Positions 1-10,010 of a DNA stretch of 64,000 bases are shown in pieces. The translations under genes and the position numbers were made by a program. Origin of the DNA: Candidatus Heimdallarchaeota archaeon. GTDB taxonomy: Archaea; Asgardarchaeota; Heimdallarchaeia; Heimdallarchaeales; Heimdallarchaeaceae. Within the stretch, counting starts at the first letter, position 1. Every line of letters begins with the position of its first letter. The notes below the pieces were generated by a model. The model made no database searches. It was not told the DNA's origin and saw only the letters and a program-made list of their open reading frames with translations. The stretch is from the NCBI GenBank assembly GCA_016840095.1, contig JAEOSZ010000040.1, positions 42,194 to 106,193 of the forward strand, given 5' to 3'.

Positions 1-1
1 A

Positions 2-706
2 AAGAAAATCTACGAACAAGTAGGAATAAAAGGTGCTAGAAGAGTTCTAGAAGTTGGCTGTAGAAACGGAGTAATAAGTCAGGAATTACGAGATGCTACG
101 AAGGCTCAGATTACAGCAATAGATGCTGATCATATAAGTATTGCAGATGCTTCTCAAAGAATAAAAGGAATAGAATTTTTTAGAGAAGTAGGAGACAAAC
201 TGTCAATGCGAGATAATTCTTTTGATATAGTATTTTGTCATTATTTCTTTATCTGGAAACCCAAACCTTTTGGTGTTTTAATGGAATTAAAAAGAGTAGT
301 TAAAGAGGGAGGTTATGTAGTTGCTCTTGCTGAACCTGATTATCGTGGATGGATAGAAAATCCAGATTTAGGTCTAGGTAAAAATCACATGAAGGCTCTT
401 GAAGAACAAGGTGGAAATCCAGGTGTTGGAAGAAGGCTGCTTTCTATATTCTCATCGGGTGGATTAGAAACTGAAATACACATTAACACAAGAATATGGA
501 CACAAGATGAATTAGAAGGATGTATCGGGCATGAATGGCAAAATGTTTTCGAACAAGGCTTGATAACTGAAGATGAATACAAAGCTAAAGTTGAGGAAGA
601 GAATAAAATAATTGCAGAAAAACTACGAGTAGTAGCTCTACCAGTTTTCAGTGCTATAGGTAAGAAAGTAGTTCTTCCTGATGAAGTAATCGACCCATAT
701 GATTAA
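2..706 (+). CDS. Class I SAM-dependent methyltransferase (5'-truncated by window edge)
   Basis: Frame of ORF 206..706 is open back to position 2: KKIYEQVGIKGARRVLEVGCRNG...ITAIDAD (motifs I/II), then DNSFDIVFC and ELKRVVKEGGYVV (Methyltransf_11-type post-II/III motifs). Confidence 0.85.
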   Translation, partial: KKIYEQVGIKGARRVLEVGCRNGVISQELRDATKAQITAIDADHISIADASQRIKGIEFFREVGDKLSMRDNSFDIVFCHYFFIWKPKPFGVLMELKRVVKEGGYVVALAEPDYRGWIENPDLGLGKNHMKALEEQGGNPGVGRRLLSIFSSGGLETEIHINTRIWTQDELEGCIGHEWQNVFEQGLITEDEYKAKVEEENKIIAEKLRVVALPVFSAIGKKVVLPDEVIDPYD

Positions 707-1495
707 CTAATCTTTTTCAAAAATGACAACTAAGTCATTACTCTCTTTTTCTTTAAACTCGTTTTTTTCATAATCTCCATAAATGCTTAAATGAAGCCTA
801 TTTGATGTGAAATCAGAGAAATCACTATTAGAAGTAACAAAAAATTCAGTTCTTTTTTTATTCAGATCAAACTCTTCAGTTTCAAACCCTCTTTGAAGAA
901 TTTTATGAACATACATTGTTATTTTGTCATACTTATTTTTCCATTCCATCATTCTTACATGGAAGATTAAAGCTCCATCTGAATTTCTTTTTAGACTTGG
1001 ATTGTAGAACCATTGTTCATCATCCCTGTGTGAAAGATAATTAACAATCTGAAGAAGCACTATTCCATTATCATTTAGAAGATTGAGCATCTGATTGACT
1101 ATATTTCTCCTTTCATCTTTATCAAATATAGAAAGTGTATTTCCAATACAAAAAATAAAATCAAATTTTTCATTGGAGAAATTTTTTTCTAAGTCAAGGA
1201 TATCTCCTAAAACGAAATCTATTTTCTCATTACAGTTATTATTTCGAGCAAGCAATCTAGCTTGTTCAACATTCTGTTCTGATATGTCAATGCCTTTACC
1301 TGTAAATCCCCATTTCGCAAGCATGACCATATGATCTCCAGTTCCACAAGATACATCCAAAATTCTTGCATCTTTCTTTTGCAGTTTCGACAGAATTCCT
1401 TGAAAGAAAGGAGCTTCACGTTTTAATCTAGTATCCCAAGAAACAAGTTCTTTGTAGAGGATTTCATCTTTCCAATCAATATCCATTTCTAACAT
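707..1495 (-). CDS. Class I SAM-dependent methyltransferase
   Basis: RILDVSCGTG motif I, GIDIS, FDFIFCIGNTL; glycine/sarcosine N-methyltransferase-like layout. Confidence 0.85.
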   Translation of the reverse strand: MLEMDIDWKDEILYKELVSWDTRLKREAPFFQGILSKLQKKDARILDVSCGTGDHMVMLAKWGFTGKGIDISEQNVEQARLLARNNNCNEKIDFVLGDILDLEKNFSNEKFDFIFCIGNTLSIFDKDERRNIVNQMLNLLNDNGIVLLQIVNYLSHRDDEQWFYNPSLKRNSDGALIFHVRMMEWKNKYDKITMYVHKILQRGFETEEFDLNKKRTEFFVTSNSDFSDFTSNRLHLSIYGDYEKNEFKEKESNDLVVIFEKD

Positions 1496-1555
1496 GAATC
1501 AAATCTCAAAGTAATTATTAATCTTATTCATAAAGCAAAAATGGGATGAGATTAA

Positions 1556-2950
1556 CTAAACTAGATCATTTAGCTTCTTAGTTATTTCATCCTTATTCAA
1601 TCGGTCTGTTTGCTCAATAAAAGTTTCAACTTTTTCTGCATATTCAGAAGTTGTTTCATCATTATCTATGTTACAGATGAAAATCCTGCTATGCTGGGAT
1701 AACTCTGGTTTTTCAAATTCATGGAATAATTCTTCAGTTAGTTTTTCACCTGGACGAACGCCAATTATCTCAATTTTTATATCCTCTTTGTCGTAACCAT
1801 AAATTTGAAACAATCTATAAATAATATCAAGCATTTTGTAAGGTTTTCCCATATCCAGAACAAATAATTCTCCACCTTGACCTAAAATTGAAGCTTGAAC
1901 AACTAATTGAGCAGCTTCAGTGATAGTCATGAAGAACCTCTCCATCCTTTCATCTGTTAGGAGTACAGGACCGCCATTTTCGATCTGATTTTTGAAAATA
2001 GGAATAGCGCTCCCACTGCTTTCTAAAACATTGCCAAATCTCACTATCATGAATTTTGTAATAGTTGAAGTCTGAGCAAGAATATATTTCTCAATTATTC
2101 TCTTTGAAATCCCCATTACATTGATAGGATGAACTGCTTTATCTGTAGAAACGAAAACGAATTTCTTGATTTCTTCTTCTAGTGCTACTTTAATGAGATT
2201 GATTGAGCCCTGAATATTGTTTTTGACACATTCGTGAGGAAAAAGTTCCATCATACCAACATGTTTGAAAGCTGCGCAATGATAGATAATATCTGGTTTA
2301 TATTTTCGAATAATCTTGCTTAATCGTTTCTCATCTCTAATATTGGTTAGAACTGGAATAAAGTTAATATCCTTATAGTTTTGAATCATAGAATTCTTAA
2401 GTTCAAAAAGTGGTGTTTCAGCAACATCTAATCCGATGATTTTTTTTGGAAAACATCCAGCTAATTGATAACAGATTTCAGATCCGATTGAACCTGCAGC
2501 ACCTGTAATTAAAATTGTATAATTTCCAATTTCTTTCATTGAATCTTCAGTTAGAACATTTTCAATAGGTGCTCGTATTAGATCATGCACACTAATTTCT
2601 CTTGGTGCTGAAATTGTATTTATTCTTAGGTTCTGGAATATTGGAGGAACAATCATGAAACTAGAATTTGTCTGATAAATGATGTCAACTATACGTGTTA
2701 TGGTTTTTCCAGGAGCGGAAGGTATAGCAATAATTGATAAGTCTATATTGAACATTTTAATTATTTCTGGTATTTGCTCTGTATTTCCTAGAATATCCAG
2801 ATTTTCTATTTTTTCTCCCATCTTTTTTGGATCATCATCTATAAAACCAACAACTCGGTAATTCTTGTATCTGGGTTGGGTAAGTTCTGCTAAAAGCAAT
2901 ACACCAGCTTTTCCTGCACCAATAATTAAAACATTAGAAGATTGGCTCAT
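1556..2950 (-). CDS. CapD/PglF-family nucleotide-sugar (UDP-GlcNAc) 4,6-dehydratase, no N-terminal membrane domain
   Basis: IIGAGKAG...VGFIDDD CoA-binding-like domain; ITGAAGSIGSE, HCAAFKHV, STDKAVHPINVMGISKR (MxxxK variant), VRFGNVL, RPGEKLTEEL. Confidence 0.9.
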   Translation of the reverse strand: MSQSSNVLIIGAGKAGVLLLAELTQPRYKNYRVVGFIDDDPKKMGEKIENLDILGNTEQIPEIIKMFNIDLSIIAIPSAPGKTITRIVDIIYQTNSSFMIVPPIFQNLRINTISAPREISVHDLIRAPIENVLTEDSMKEIGNYTILITGAAGSIGSEICYQLAGCFPKKIIGLDVAETPLFELKNSMIQNYKDINFIPVLTNIRDEKRLSKIIRKYKPDIIYHCAAFKHVGMMELFPHECVKNNIQGSINLIKVALEEEIKKFVFVSTDKAVHPINVMGISKRIIEKYILAQTSTITKFMIVRFGNVLESSGSAIPIFKNQIENGGPVLLTDERMERFFMTITEAAQLVVQASILGQGGELFVLDMGKPYKMLDIIYRLFQIYGYDKEDIKIEIIGVRPGEKLTEELFHEFEKPELSQHSRIFICNIDNDETTSEYAEKVETFIEQTDRLNKDEITKKLNDLV

Positions 2951-3001
2951 TGTAATTGAGTTTGTATTTGATGTTTTTTAAAGTTTTGAAAGCAATTGAT
3001 G

Positions 3002-3889
3002 TTAGTCAAAAATCGATTTAATGGAATCCTCAATAGTATACTTGGGTTGATAACTGCAACATTTAGCCAGTTTTGTGTTATCTATCCAACTTTTTGTTGG
3101 AGCTCTTTCAGAATCGGTGTATGTGATTATTGAACGTTTTTCAAAGATTTGTTCATATTTATTTATTAGATCAATGTTTGAAATCGGTTGATTAGCAGAA
3201 ATATTGAAAACTTCTCCTTCTATTCCAGTCATTTCTTGTAGTAAAATCAAAGCTGAACAAGTGTCCCTCACATCAATATAATCTCTTACATCTTCAGGAT
3301 GGGATATTTCAATTTTAAGTGTCTTTTCATGTTCATAGAATTTATCGTTCAAGTAGCCTGACAGTAGTTGGTTGGAAACACCTTTTCCGATGAATGAAGC
3401 AGGTCTTGTACAGATTACATCGATACCATATTTTTCGTGGAAGTTAAGAGCTAGATTCTCTTGTTCCTGTTTAGTTTTCCCATAGATGCTCATTGGGTTA
3501 ATTCGATCTTCTTCCCTAAGTGGTTTGTCTATTTCCTCAAAGGTTCCATATTGAGCAGAAGAACCTAAGATTAATAATCTACTCTCTATTTCAGCATCTC
3601 TAAATCCTTCTATGAATCTTTGAAAAGATTCAACATTGGTTGCGTACATTTCTTCTTTTGTTCCCCGGAATAAACCTATTAGATGAAAAACTAAATCTGG
3701 TTCTATCGATTTGATTTTCTCTTTCCAGCTGATTTCAGAGTTAAAGTTCAACGTCTCAAAATTATAATCAATTCCTTCAATTGCATTGAGATCAAAACCG
3801 TTTATTTCCCAATCAGGTCTCATGGATTTAATGTGACTTACTAAATTCTGTCCTAGAAATCCAGTTGAACCAGAGATTAATACTCTCAT
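3002..3889 (-). CDS. NAD-dependent epimerase/dehydratase (extended SDR)
   Basis: Probable start ATG 3889 (MRVLISGSTGFLG), which avoids the overlap with the upstream gene; GSSAQYG, YGKTK, RDYIDVRD. Confidence 0.85.
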   Translation of the reverse strand: MRVLISGSTGFLGQNLVSHIKSMRPDWEINGFDLNAIEGIDYNFETLNFNSEISWKEKIKSIEPDLVFHLIGLFRGTKEEMYATNVESFQRFIEGFRDAEIESRLLILGSSAQYGTFEEIDKPLREEDRINPMSIYGKTKQEQENLALNFHEKYGIDVICTRPASFIGKGVSNQLLSGYLNDKFYEHEKTLKIEISHPEDVRDYIDVRDTCSALILLQEMTGIEGEVFNISANQPISNIDLINKYEQIFEKRSIITYTDSERAPTKSWIDNTKLAKCCSYQPKYTIEDSIKSIFD

Positions 3890-3938
3890 CAGAAGAGGAT
3901 TAATTACTTGCTTTAATAAATTTATCCAAAATGGAAGG

Positions 3939-4868
3939 TTATTTCTTCTTTGGATTATAAAGACTGAGACAAATCTCATCAAATTTCTTGAGAAATTTAT
4001 CATAGTGAAATTGCTTGTTGAATAGTTCTATTCCCTTTTTGTTCACTACATTATCATTTTGAATTTTGATTAATTCATATACTACATCTTCATTTGTTTC
4101 ACAAAGAATTACTCCAGGTAGAGGATAATTATGAATTACATACCTTCCTTTGGAATAAGCTTCAACAATTATTTTTGGAAAACCATCATGTTCTGTCATT
4201 CTTACAATTACGCTTATTTTTGGCCATAATTCGTTCAAGTCTACATAGCCAAGAAAATGGAGATTGACTTTATCATACTTCTTCTTATACTTCTCTGGTT
4301 TGAAATGTCCAACAAAATAGAAATCTATATAATCGAGATTTTCGGAGATTTCAACAACTCTTTTAACGCCATAGAGTTTTTCTCGTCCTTCAATAAAATA
4401 GACTAAAGCTCCTACTCGTTTTGGCATTTGTATTTCCTCAGGTTCTATATCTGAACCATGAAAAAGTTCTATGCTTTCAATTCCTTTGTCCGTTAATTCA
4501 TCCTTTATCCTACTAGAAACTGCGATGTGCAAGTCTATAAATTTTGAAAAAATCTTTGTTTGTAATTTTCTTTTTAAACCTTGATTTGCTAGAACAGAGT
4601 CAGAACCAACCCAATGACATATCGTTTTTTTCCTCTTTAGTTTCCCAATAACAAACCAAGGCCAAGCTGATTGAAAGTATGCTCCTAAAATGATGTCAAC
4701 ATTTTTGATTAATTTTCCTTTAGGTAAATGTGTAGTTGGTAAAAGAATTGTATTATATCCTCTCTTTGAAAGTGCTTGATTTAGTGATTCTGTATGTGCT
4801 CCAACTAGAGCTATTTTTACATCTTTAACTGAACTAGGAATAGTCACTAATTTCAACTCTTTTTGCAA
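3939..4868 (-). CDS. GT-B glycosyltransferase (GT4-like)
   Basis: HWVGSD, NLHFLGYV, HDGFPKIIVEAYSKG (D/E-x7-E motif); lies in the sugar-nucleotide gene run. Confidence 0.7.
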   Translation of the reverse strand: MQKELKLVTIPSSVKDVKIALVGAHTESLNQALSKRGYNTILLPTTHLPKGKLIKNVDIILGAYFQSAWPWFVIGKLKRKKTICHWVGSDSVLANQGLKRKLQTKIFSKFIDLHIAVSSRIKDELTDKGIESIELFHGSDIEPEEIQMPKRVGALVYFIEGREKLYGVKRVVEISENLDYIDFYFVGHFKPEKYKKKYDKVNLHFLGYVDLNELWPKISVIVRMTEHDGFPKIIVEAYSKGRYVIHNYPLPGVILCETNEDVVYELIKIQNDNVVNKKGIELFNKQFHYDKFLKKFDEICLSLYNPKKK

Positions 4869-4939
4869 TCAGAGCTATCATAAACTAGCTTATTAAATTT
4901 ATTGATAAACAGTGTTCATTATAGTAATTGAATCTAGTT

Positions 4940-5464
4940 CTATAGAGAATAACTCTTGAGTTTATTCATCTCCGAATTCATCAGATTCTTCGCTTCTGAT
5001 AGTCCCTTATTCATTTTAAGTGCATTTTTATAGCAATTAATTGCTTCCTCTCCGGTGTGAATCTTTCCTAAATTCAACCAATCAACACTTGATTGAGGTT
5101 TCTTATCATCAAGTACATATTTCAAACAATCACATGGTTCCCCAAATTCAACAAATACCATTTCTTGATCAATGAATTGTGTTGAACCAGGAGGTAAAAC
5201 TGATGTAAAAAACTCATCTTTATACTGAGGATGTTGATGTTTTTTGGATACCAACCATATCCATCTTGGAGGATCCATGTATGTAAGTAAGACATGTGTC
5301 TTATGCTCAATTTTTGTCTTACATTTAGGACAATAAGAAAAGTTAATTTTCCCTTCAATAACATCATTAATGACTCTCGGATTTTCAGATAAATTGATAG
5401 CTTCCCCGATTCTCTTCTTTACTTTAGCACCACACTTATGACACCCAATCTCTTTTAACGGCAA
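4940..5464 (-). CDS. CpXC-type zinc-binding protein with C-terminal TPR-like repeat
   Basis: CHKCG...CPKC then LLTYMD (CpXC-like); C-terminal WLNLGK...EAINCYKNALKMN is TPR-like. Confidence 0.65.
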   Translation of the reverse strand: MPLKEIGCHKCGAKVKKRIGEAINLSENPRVINDVIEGKINFSYCPKCKTKIEHKTHVLLTYMDPPRWIWLVSKKHQHPQYKDEFFTSVLPPGSTQFIDQEMVFVEFGEPCDCLKYVLDDKKPQSSVDWLNLGKIHTGEEAINCYKNALKMNKGLSEAKNLMNSEMNKLKSYSL

Positions 5465-5546
5465 TTTGAACCCCTACTTCTATTTTATTATCAATAATTA
5501 CATAAGTTAACATCATTTATATAATTTATTATTCACTTCTACTAGA

Positions 5547-6038
5547 ATGGAAAACAAAAAACAAGGTAGACGACTACTACAAGCCTCTATAGTGGTTTCC
5601 TTGATAGGTTTCTTAGATGCACTTTATCTTTTCTATATGGAAATTACTGGAAAATTCCAATGTTTGATCAATAAGGGTGTTTTTCAATGTGAAACGGTGA
5701 ATTCAAGTCCTTATGCTAAGTTTCTTGGTGTCCATGTAAGTCTGTGGGGAATGATCTTCTATATCTTGGTTATTGTTTTGCTATTTTTGTCACTGATTTC
5801 TAAGAACGAATACTTCCTTAGTTTCTTTCTTCCAATTGCCTCTCTCTTCGGTTTGGGATTTTCTATTTATCTCACAATAGTAGAAATTTTCATAATTAAA
5901 CTCGTTTGTGAATTTTGTCTACTCTCAGCAATTTGCTCAATAGTATTGATTGTTTTAATTATGCTTGCTAAATATATGAAACACTCTACAATTTTTGCTA
6001 AATTAGATTTCTGGAACATTTTGAAAAAGAATCAGTAA
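5547..6038 (+). CDS. Vitamin K epoxide reductase (VKOR) family membrane protein
   Basis: C-x8-C loop, CETVNSSPYA, several TM helices, active-site CEFC. Confidence 0.9.
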   Translation: MENKKQGRRLLQASIVVSLIGFLDALYLFYMEITGKFQCLINKGVFQCETVNSSPYAKFLGVHVSLWGMIFYILVIVLLFLSLISKNEYFLSFFLPIASLFGLGFSIYLTIVEIFIIKLVCEFCLLSAICSIVLIVLIMLAKYMKHSTIFAKLDFWNILKKNQ

Positions 6039-6101
6039 AAATAAGTAATTAGACATGTATATAAATGACTGAACATTAAATATTTAAATCAGGAGTGTCA
6101 C

Positions 6102-8342
6102 TTGATGAGAACTAAATATAAAATCAGTTTTTTTATCGTCATAACACTTGTTTTTCTGACTCAGAATTTCAATTCAGAAATAGAAGCTTTGGATGAAGAA
6201 AACTTTATCTTTGAAAAAGAATTTGAAGAAAGAATTTCAATGTTAGTTAATTCTCCTCCAATCAATATATTTTCAGATACAGACTTTGTTTCATTAGGTT
6301 TACCCGGAAATGGAAGTCAAGAAAATCCGTATAGAATAGAAAATTTACTTATTCAAGATTCATTTGGTTATGGAATTTATGTCAGTGGTGTATCTTCATA
6401 CTTTGTTGTTCAAAACTGTGTAATTCGCAACTCTCTGTATGAAGGAATGATTATCAACAATATCCATTTTGGTAATGGAAATATCAGCAATAATCTTATT
6501 GAAGACTGTGGAAATGTTGGAATGTTAGTGATAAATACAGATGGAATTTTAGTTGAAGATAACATTTGTATCAACAATGAAATTGGAATTGAGATGCGTT
6601 ACTCAGACAATGGATATATTTTCAATAATACATGTGAAGAAAATAGAGAAAGTGGAATGTATTTGAGAAATGAGCTACAAACTTGTACATATGAGAATAA
6701 CACCCTAATTAACAATAACATTTATGGAATGGATTTTCTCCAGGCAAATGGCTCTTTTGTTTATAATAACTCATTCATCAACAATGGTCTTCATATCTCT
6801 GAACTTGTATTTGAGAATTATCTAAATTATGTAATTCTTGATAACACTTTAAATAATCAAAAAATCGGGTATTTCACAAATGATGATTCTGTTTCGCTTA
6901 CTGATACAGAATACGGTCAGATATTTTTATTCAATTGCTCAAATTTTCTGATTGAAAATCAAATATTCGAGAAATCATTATTCGGTATTTACTCATATGA
7001 AAGTAATAATTGTACTTTCAGAAATAACACATTTGATAACAACTTAGCTCATGGAATTGATTTATATTACTCGAATGAAATTATAATTGACGCAAACACA
7101 TTTTATAACAATTCTAATGGACTGAATTTCATTGACACTTATGATATGATAATTTGTAATAACAGATTCTACAGTGATGGTTTGGTAATTGAGAGTGCAG
7201 ATGTGGAGATGCTAGCTACTTTTGAGGTTACAAATAATACTGTGAATGATAAACCCTTAGGATTTTTCATTAATGAGCATAATCTAGATTTATCTAGTTC
7301 AGTTCAGTATGGAGAACTACTGATTCTAAACTCTACAAATATTCATGTTTCTAACCAAAATATATCTGATACACAAGCTGGTTTCATTATCGCTTTCTCC
7401 AATTCATGTTCTCTTCAAGAATCAATATTTTCAAACATCATTACAGCTATTCTTGTTTATGGATGCAACGATATAACAATTTCAAATAATGTGATCGAAG
7501 AAAATTCCGATGGAATTATAGCACTATATGTTGACCACTTGGATATAAAGAACAATGTTATTTCAAATAACCTAGATGATGCTCTTGAAATACAGTATTG
7601 CACCCAAATCCTTGTTGATAATAATACTTGTGAATATAATGCTCAGTGGGCTTTTATTTTCTTGTACAACTCTTTCTTGAATATAACCAATTCAATCATT
7701 CAGTATAACACATTTGGGAATATCTTTGTGAGATTTACAGATAATTTACTGGTTTACAACACTACAAGTACTAATTCAGAATGGGGTATTTATCTTGCAG
7801 ATATTACAGATAGTGAGATTCGTGAATCAAAGATTAGAGATCATAACGTTGATGGGATTTATATGATAAATAGTTTGAATGTATATTTCTATGCAAACAA
7901 TATCAGTGGTAGTTTCTTTGGAATAAAGGTAAAAATAACTGATTACTGTACTTTTACTCACAATACTATTCGAGATAATCACCAACGAGGAATCTCATTT
8001 GACGCTCAATGCGATCATAATCTTATTTATCAGAACTATTTCATTAATAATCAGCTAGATGATACAACAGGTAGATTGTCTTACGGATATGATGACGGCT
8101 ATAATAACACCTGGTACAATATAGCTACACAAACAGGAAATTGGTGGTCAAATATAGAAAGTTATGCTTACAGAATTGGCGGTTATGGATATTCAGTAGA
8201 TATTTATCCATTGAATCCAAAAGATCCCCCAACACCAACGAATACTCCAACTACAACAACTAATTTGACCTTTATTATTCCAACTATTTTTGGGTTTAGT
8301 ATGATGGTCATTTTTAGATTAAGAAAACGATTGAGAATCTAA
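6102..8342 (+). CDS. Secreted, membrane-anchored right-handed beta-helix (NosD/pectin-lyase-like) surface protein
   Basis: Signal peptide, PINIFSDTDF...GNGSQENPYRIENL cap, many N-x-GI PbH1 repeats, GNWWS...DIYPL closure, P/T linker, TM, basic tail. Confidence 0.85.
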   Translation: MMRTKYKISFFIVITLVFLTQNFNSEIEALDEENFIFEKEFEERISMLVNSPPINIFSDTDFVSLGLPGNGSQENPYRIENLLIQDSFGYGIYVSGVSSYFVVQNCVIRNSLYEGMIINNIHFGNGNISNNLIEDCGNVGMLVINTDGILVEDNICINNEIGIEMRYSDNGYIFNNTCEENRESGMYLRNELQTCTYENNTLINNNIYGMDFLQANGSFVYNNSFINNGLHISELVFENYLNYVILDNTLNNQKIGYFTNDDSVSLTDTEYGQIFLFNCSNFLIENQIFEKSLFGIYSYESNNCTFRNNTFDNNLAHGIDLYYSNEIIIDANTFYNNSNGLNFIDTYDMIICNNRFYSDGLVIESADVEMLATFEVTNNTVNDKPLGFFINEHNLDLSSSVQYGELLILNSTNIHVSNQNISDTQAGFIIAFSNSCSLQESIFSNIITAILVYGCNDITISNNVIEENSDGIIALYVDHLDIKNNVISNNLDDALEIQYCTQILVDNNTCEYNAQWAFIFLYNSFLNITNSIIQYNTFGNIFVRFTDNLLVYNTTSTNSEWGIYLADITDSEIRESKIRDHNVDGIYMINSLNVYFYANNISGSFFGIKVKITDYCTFTHNTIRDNHQRGISFDAQCDHNLIYQNYFINNQLDDTTGRLSYGYDDGYNNTWYNIATQTGNWWSNIESYAYRIGGYGYSVDIYPLNPKDPPTPTNTPTTTTNLTFIIPTIFGFSMMVIFRLRKRLRI

Positions 8343-8408
8343 TAAAATTCTCTTTAATCCTCTTTTTTCTTAAACACATTTAAAAATATAAGATTTAATT
8401 TTACTTGA

Positions 8409-9800
8409 ATGACAGTCAATGATTCTGATTTTTCTGATTTAATTCGTAAAAACAGACTTGCTGGTTCAGCAAGTGAACTATCTCCAGAAAGAGCTGCAAC
8501 ACTTGGAGCAATCTTGGGAAGTTATCTTGGTGGAGAAGAAGCAGTTGTTGTCTCAGCAAGAGATTTCAGAAAAGATACAAGGATGATTAGCAGAGCTTTT
8601 AATGCAGGATTAATCAGTGTAGGAACTACTGTGTTTGAGCTTCATGCTTGTTCATTACCTGTCGTACAATTTGCAATAAGACGTTTCAGTGCTCATGCAG
8701 GAATCCATCTTGCAGCAGCTCATAGAACATCAAATAAGATAAATGTAAGGATTTTTGATCAAACAGGAGTTGAAATTCCTTTCCATGACATTTTTTCAAA
8801 AAATAAGGTATCACAAATAAAAATCAGGAGATCTGAACCTCAGAAAATAGCTGATATTCTTTCAGTGAAACAAGCAAATGATCTTTATCGAGCAGCTATA
8901 GGTTCAGCTTTAGGAACAGAGATTCTCAAACAGCAGAATTATTCAGTAGTTGTTGACTGTGCTTTTGGACCAGTAGCAGAAGTTTTCCCAAATATACTTG
9001 CTGAGCAAGGGTGCAATGTTCTCACATTGAATTCGTTTAAACCTGAAGGAATACCTGAATCGTTACCCAGCCCTAATTCTCTGTCAATATTGTCTCGAAC
9101 AACTGTAGCTGCTAATGCTGATTTAGGTATAGCATTTGATCCAAGTGGTTCAAGGGCAATTTACTTGGAAGAACATGGAAGAATAATTGATCCTTGTATA
9201 ATAATCAAAATACTTTTGGAAAATAAAATGATAGGTAGACAGAAAGGAAAAGTTGTCCTATCTCATACTCTCTGGCCTCTAGAAGATTGGTTAAGTAAAA
9301 ACAATATTGAAGTAGTTTATTCTGGTGAATCTCCGGGAGAGCTCTCCAAAACTCTACAATTTAATAGAGCGATGTTTGGAGGTAATGAGCAAGGTAATTA
9401 TATCCATCCAACAATTTCGAATGAATCTGAACCCTTTGTTTCTACTTTGTTACTTCTTTCTTCCTTTGCCAGGGATGAGAAACATAAGTACTTCTCAACA
9501 TTCGCAGAAGCTCATGATATTTGTAATAAAGAGATATTTGAGGAAAAATCGTATTCTCTTGTAGCTAACCCAGAATTGTTCTTAAAAAAGATTTATGAAA
9601 TGGATGAGCAAAATAAAATTATAAACACTTTGAACGGTGTGAAAATCATTCACGAAGATAGACAATGGAGTCATATCTTTAGCACAATAATTCCAAGTAG
9701 AATAACAATTCGAGTTTGTGCTGAGAACAGTGATGATAGAGAAAGAATAGTGAATGAAACTTATCAAATGGTCGAAACACTAGATGGTGAGCTGTCTTGA
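8409..9800 (+). CDS. Alpha-D-phosphohexomutase (PMM/PGM) family protein with degenerate catalytic motifs
   Basis: ARDFR, VVVDCAFG, ADLGIAFD, GGNEQG fold markers; the catalytic TASHNP reads LAAAHRT and the metal loop DGDADR reads DPSGSR. Confidence 0.8.
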   Translation: MTVNDSDFSDLIRKNRLAGSASELSPERAATLGAILGSYLGGEEAVVVSARDFRKDTRMISRAFNAGLISVGTTVFELHACSLPVVQFAIRRFSAHAGIHLAAAHRTSNKINVRIFDQTGVEIPFHDIFSKNKVSQIKIRRSEPQKIADILSVKQANDLYRAAIGSALGTEILKQQNYSVVVDCAFGPVAEVFPNILAEQGCNVLTLNSFKPEGIPESLPSPNSLSILSRTTVAANADLGIAFDPSGSRAIYLEEHGRIIDPCIIIKILLENKMIGRQKGKVVLSHTLWPLEDWLSKNNIEVVYSGESPGELSKTLQFNRAMFGGNEQGNYIHPTISNESEPFVSTLLLLSSFARDEKHKYFSTFAEAHDICNKEIFEEKSYSLVANPELFLKKIYEMDEQNKIINTLNGVKIIHEDRQWSHIFSTIIPSRITIRVCAENSDDRERIVNETYQMVETLDGELS

Positions 9801-9949
9801 AGAGAACTGTGGATGAAAAAAAGGATGAAGCTGATAAATTCAATGTCTGTTTGAAATGTGCTAGACCTATAGCAAAAAAAGAAAAATTTTGTATGAGCTG
9901 TGGAATTGTGCTCAATATCCGTCAGCATTATCCACATAATCTTTTGTGA
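9797..9949 (+). CDS. 50-aa zinc-ribbon microprotein (not in ORF track)
   Basis: MKRTVDEKKDEADKFNVCLKCARPIAKKEKFCMSCGIVLNIRQHYPHNLL*; TTG start overlaps the upstream TGA (TTGA), GGTGA RBS at 9786-9790, CxxC-x10-CxxCG. Confidence 0.7.
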   Translation: MKRTVDEKKDEADKFNVCLKCARPIAKKEKFCMSCGIVLNIRQHYPHNLL

Positions 9950-10010
9950 GCTACTAAAAATTAGTCGAGATTCAAAAAAATTAAAGAATGAGTAATATTA
10001 GCATCTCTTA

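Noticed and set aside
3890-4003. N-terminal extension of the epimerase ORF in the ORF track
   Set aside because: It overlaps the upstream glycosyltransferase, and the Rossmann motif begins at ATG 3889.
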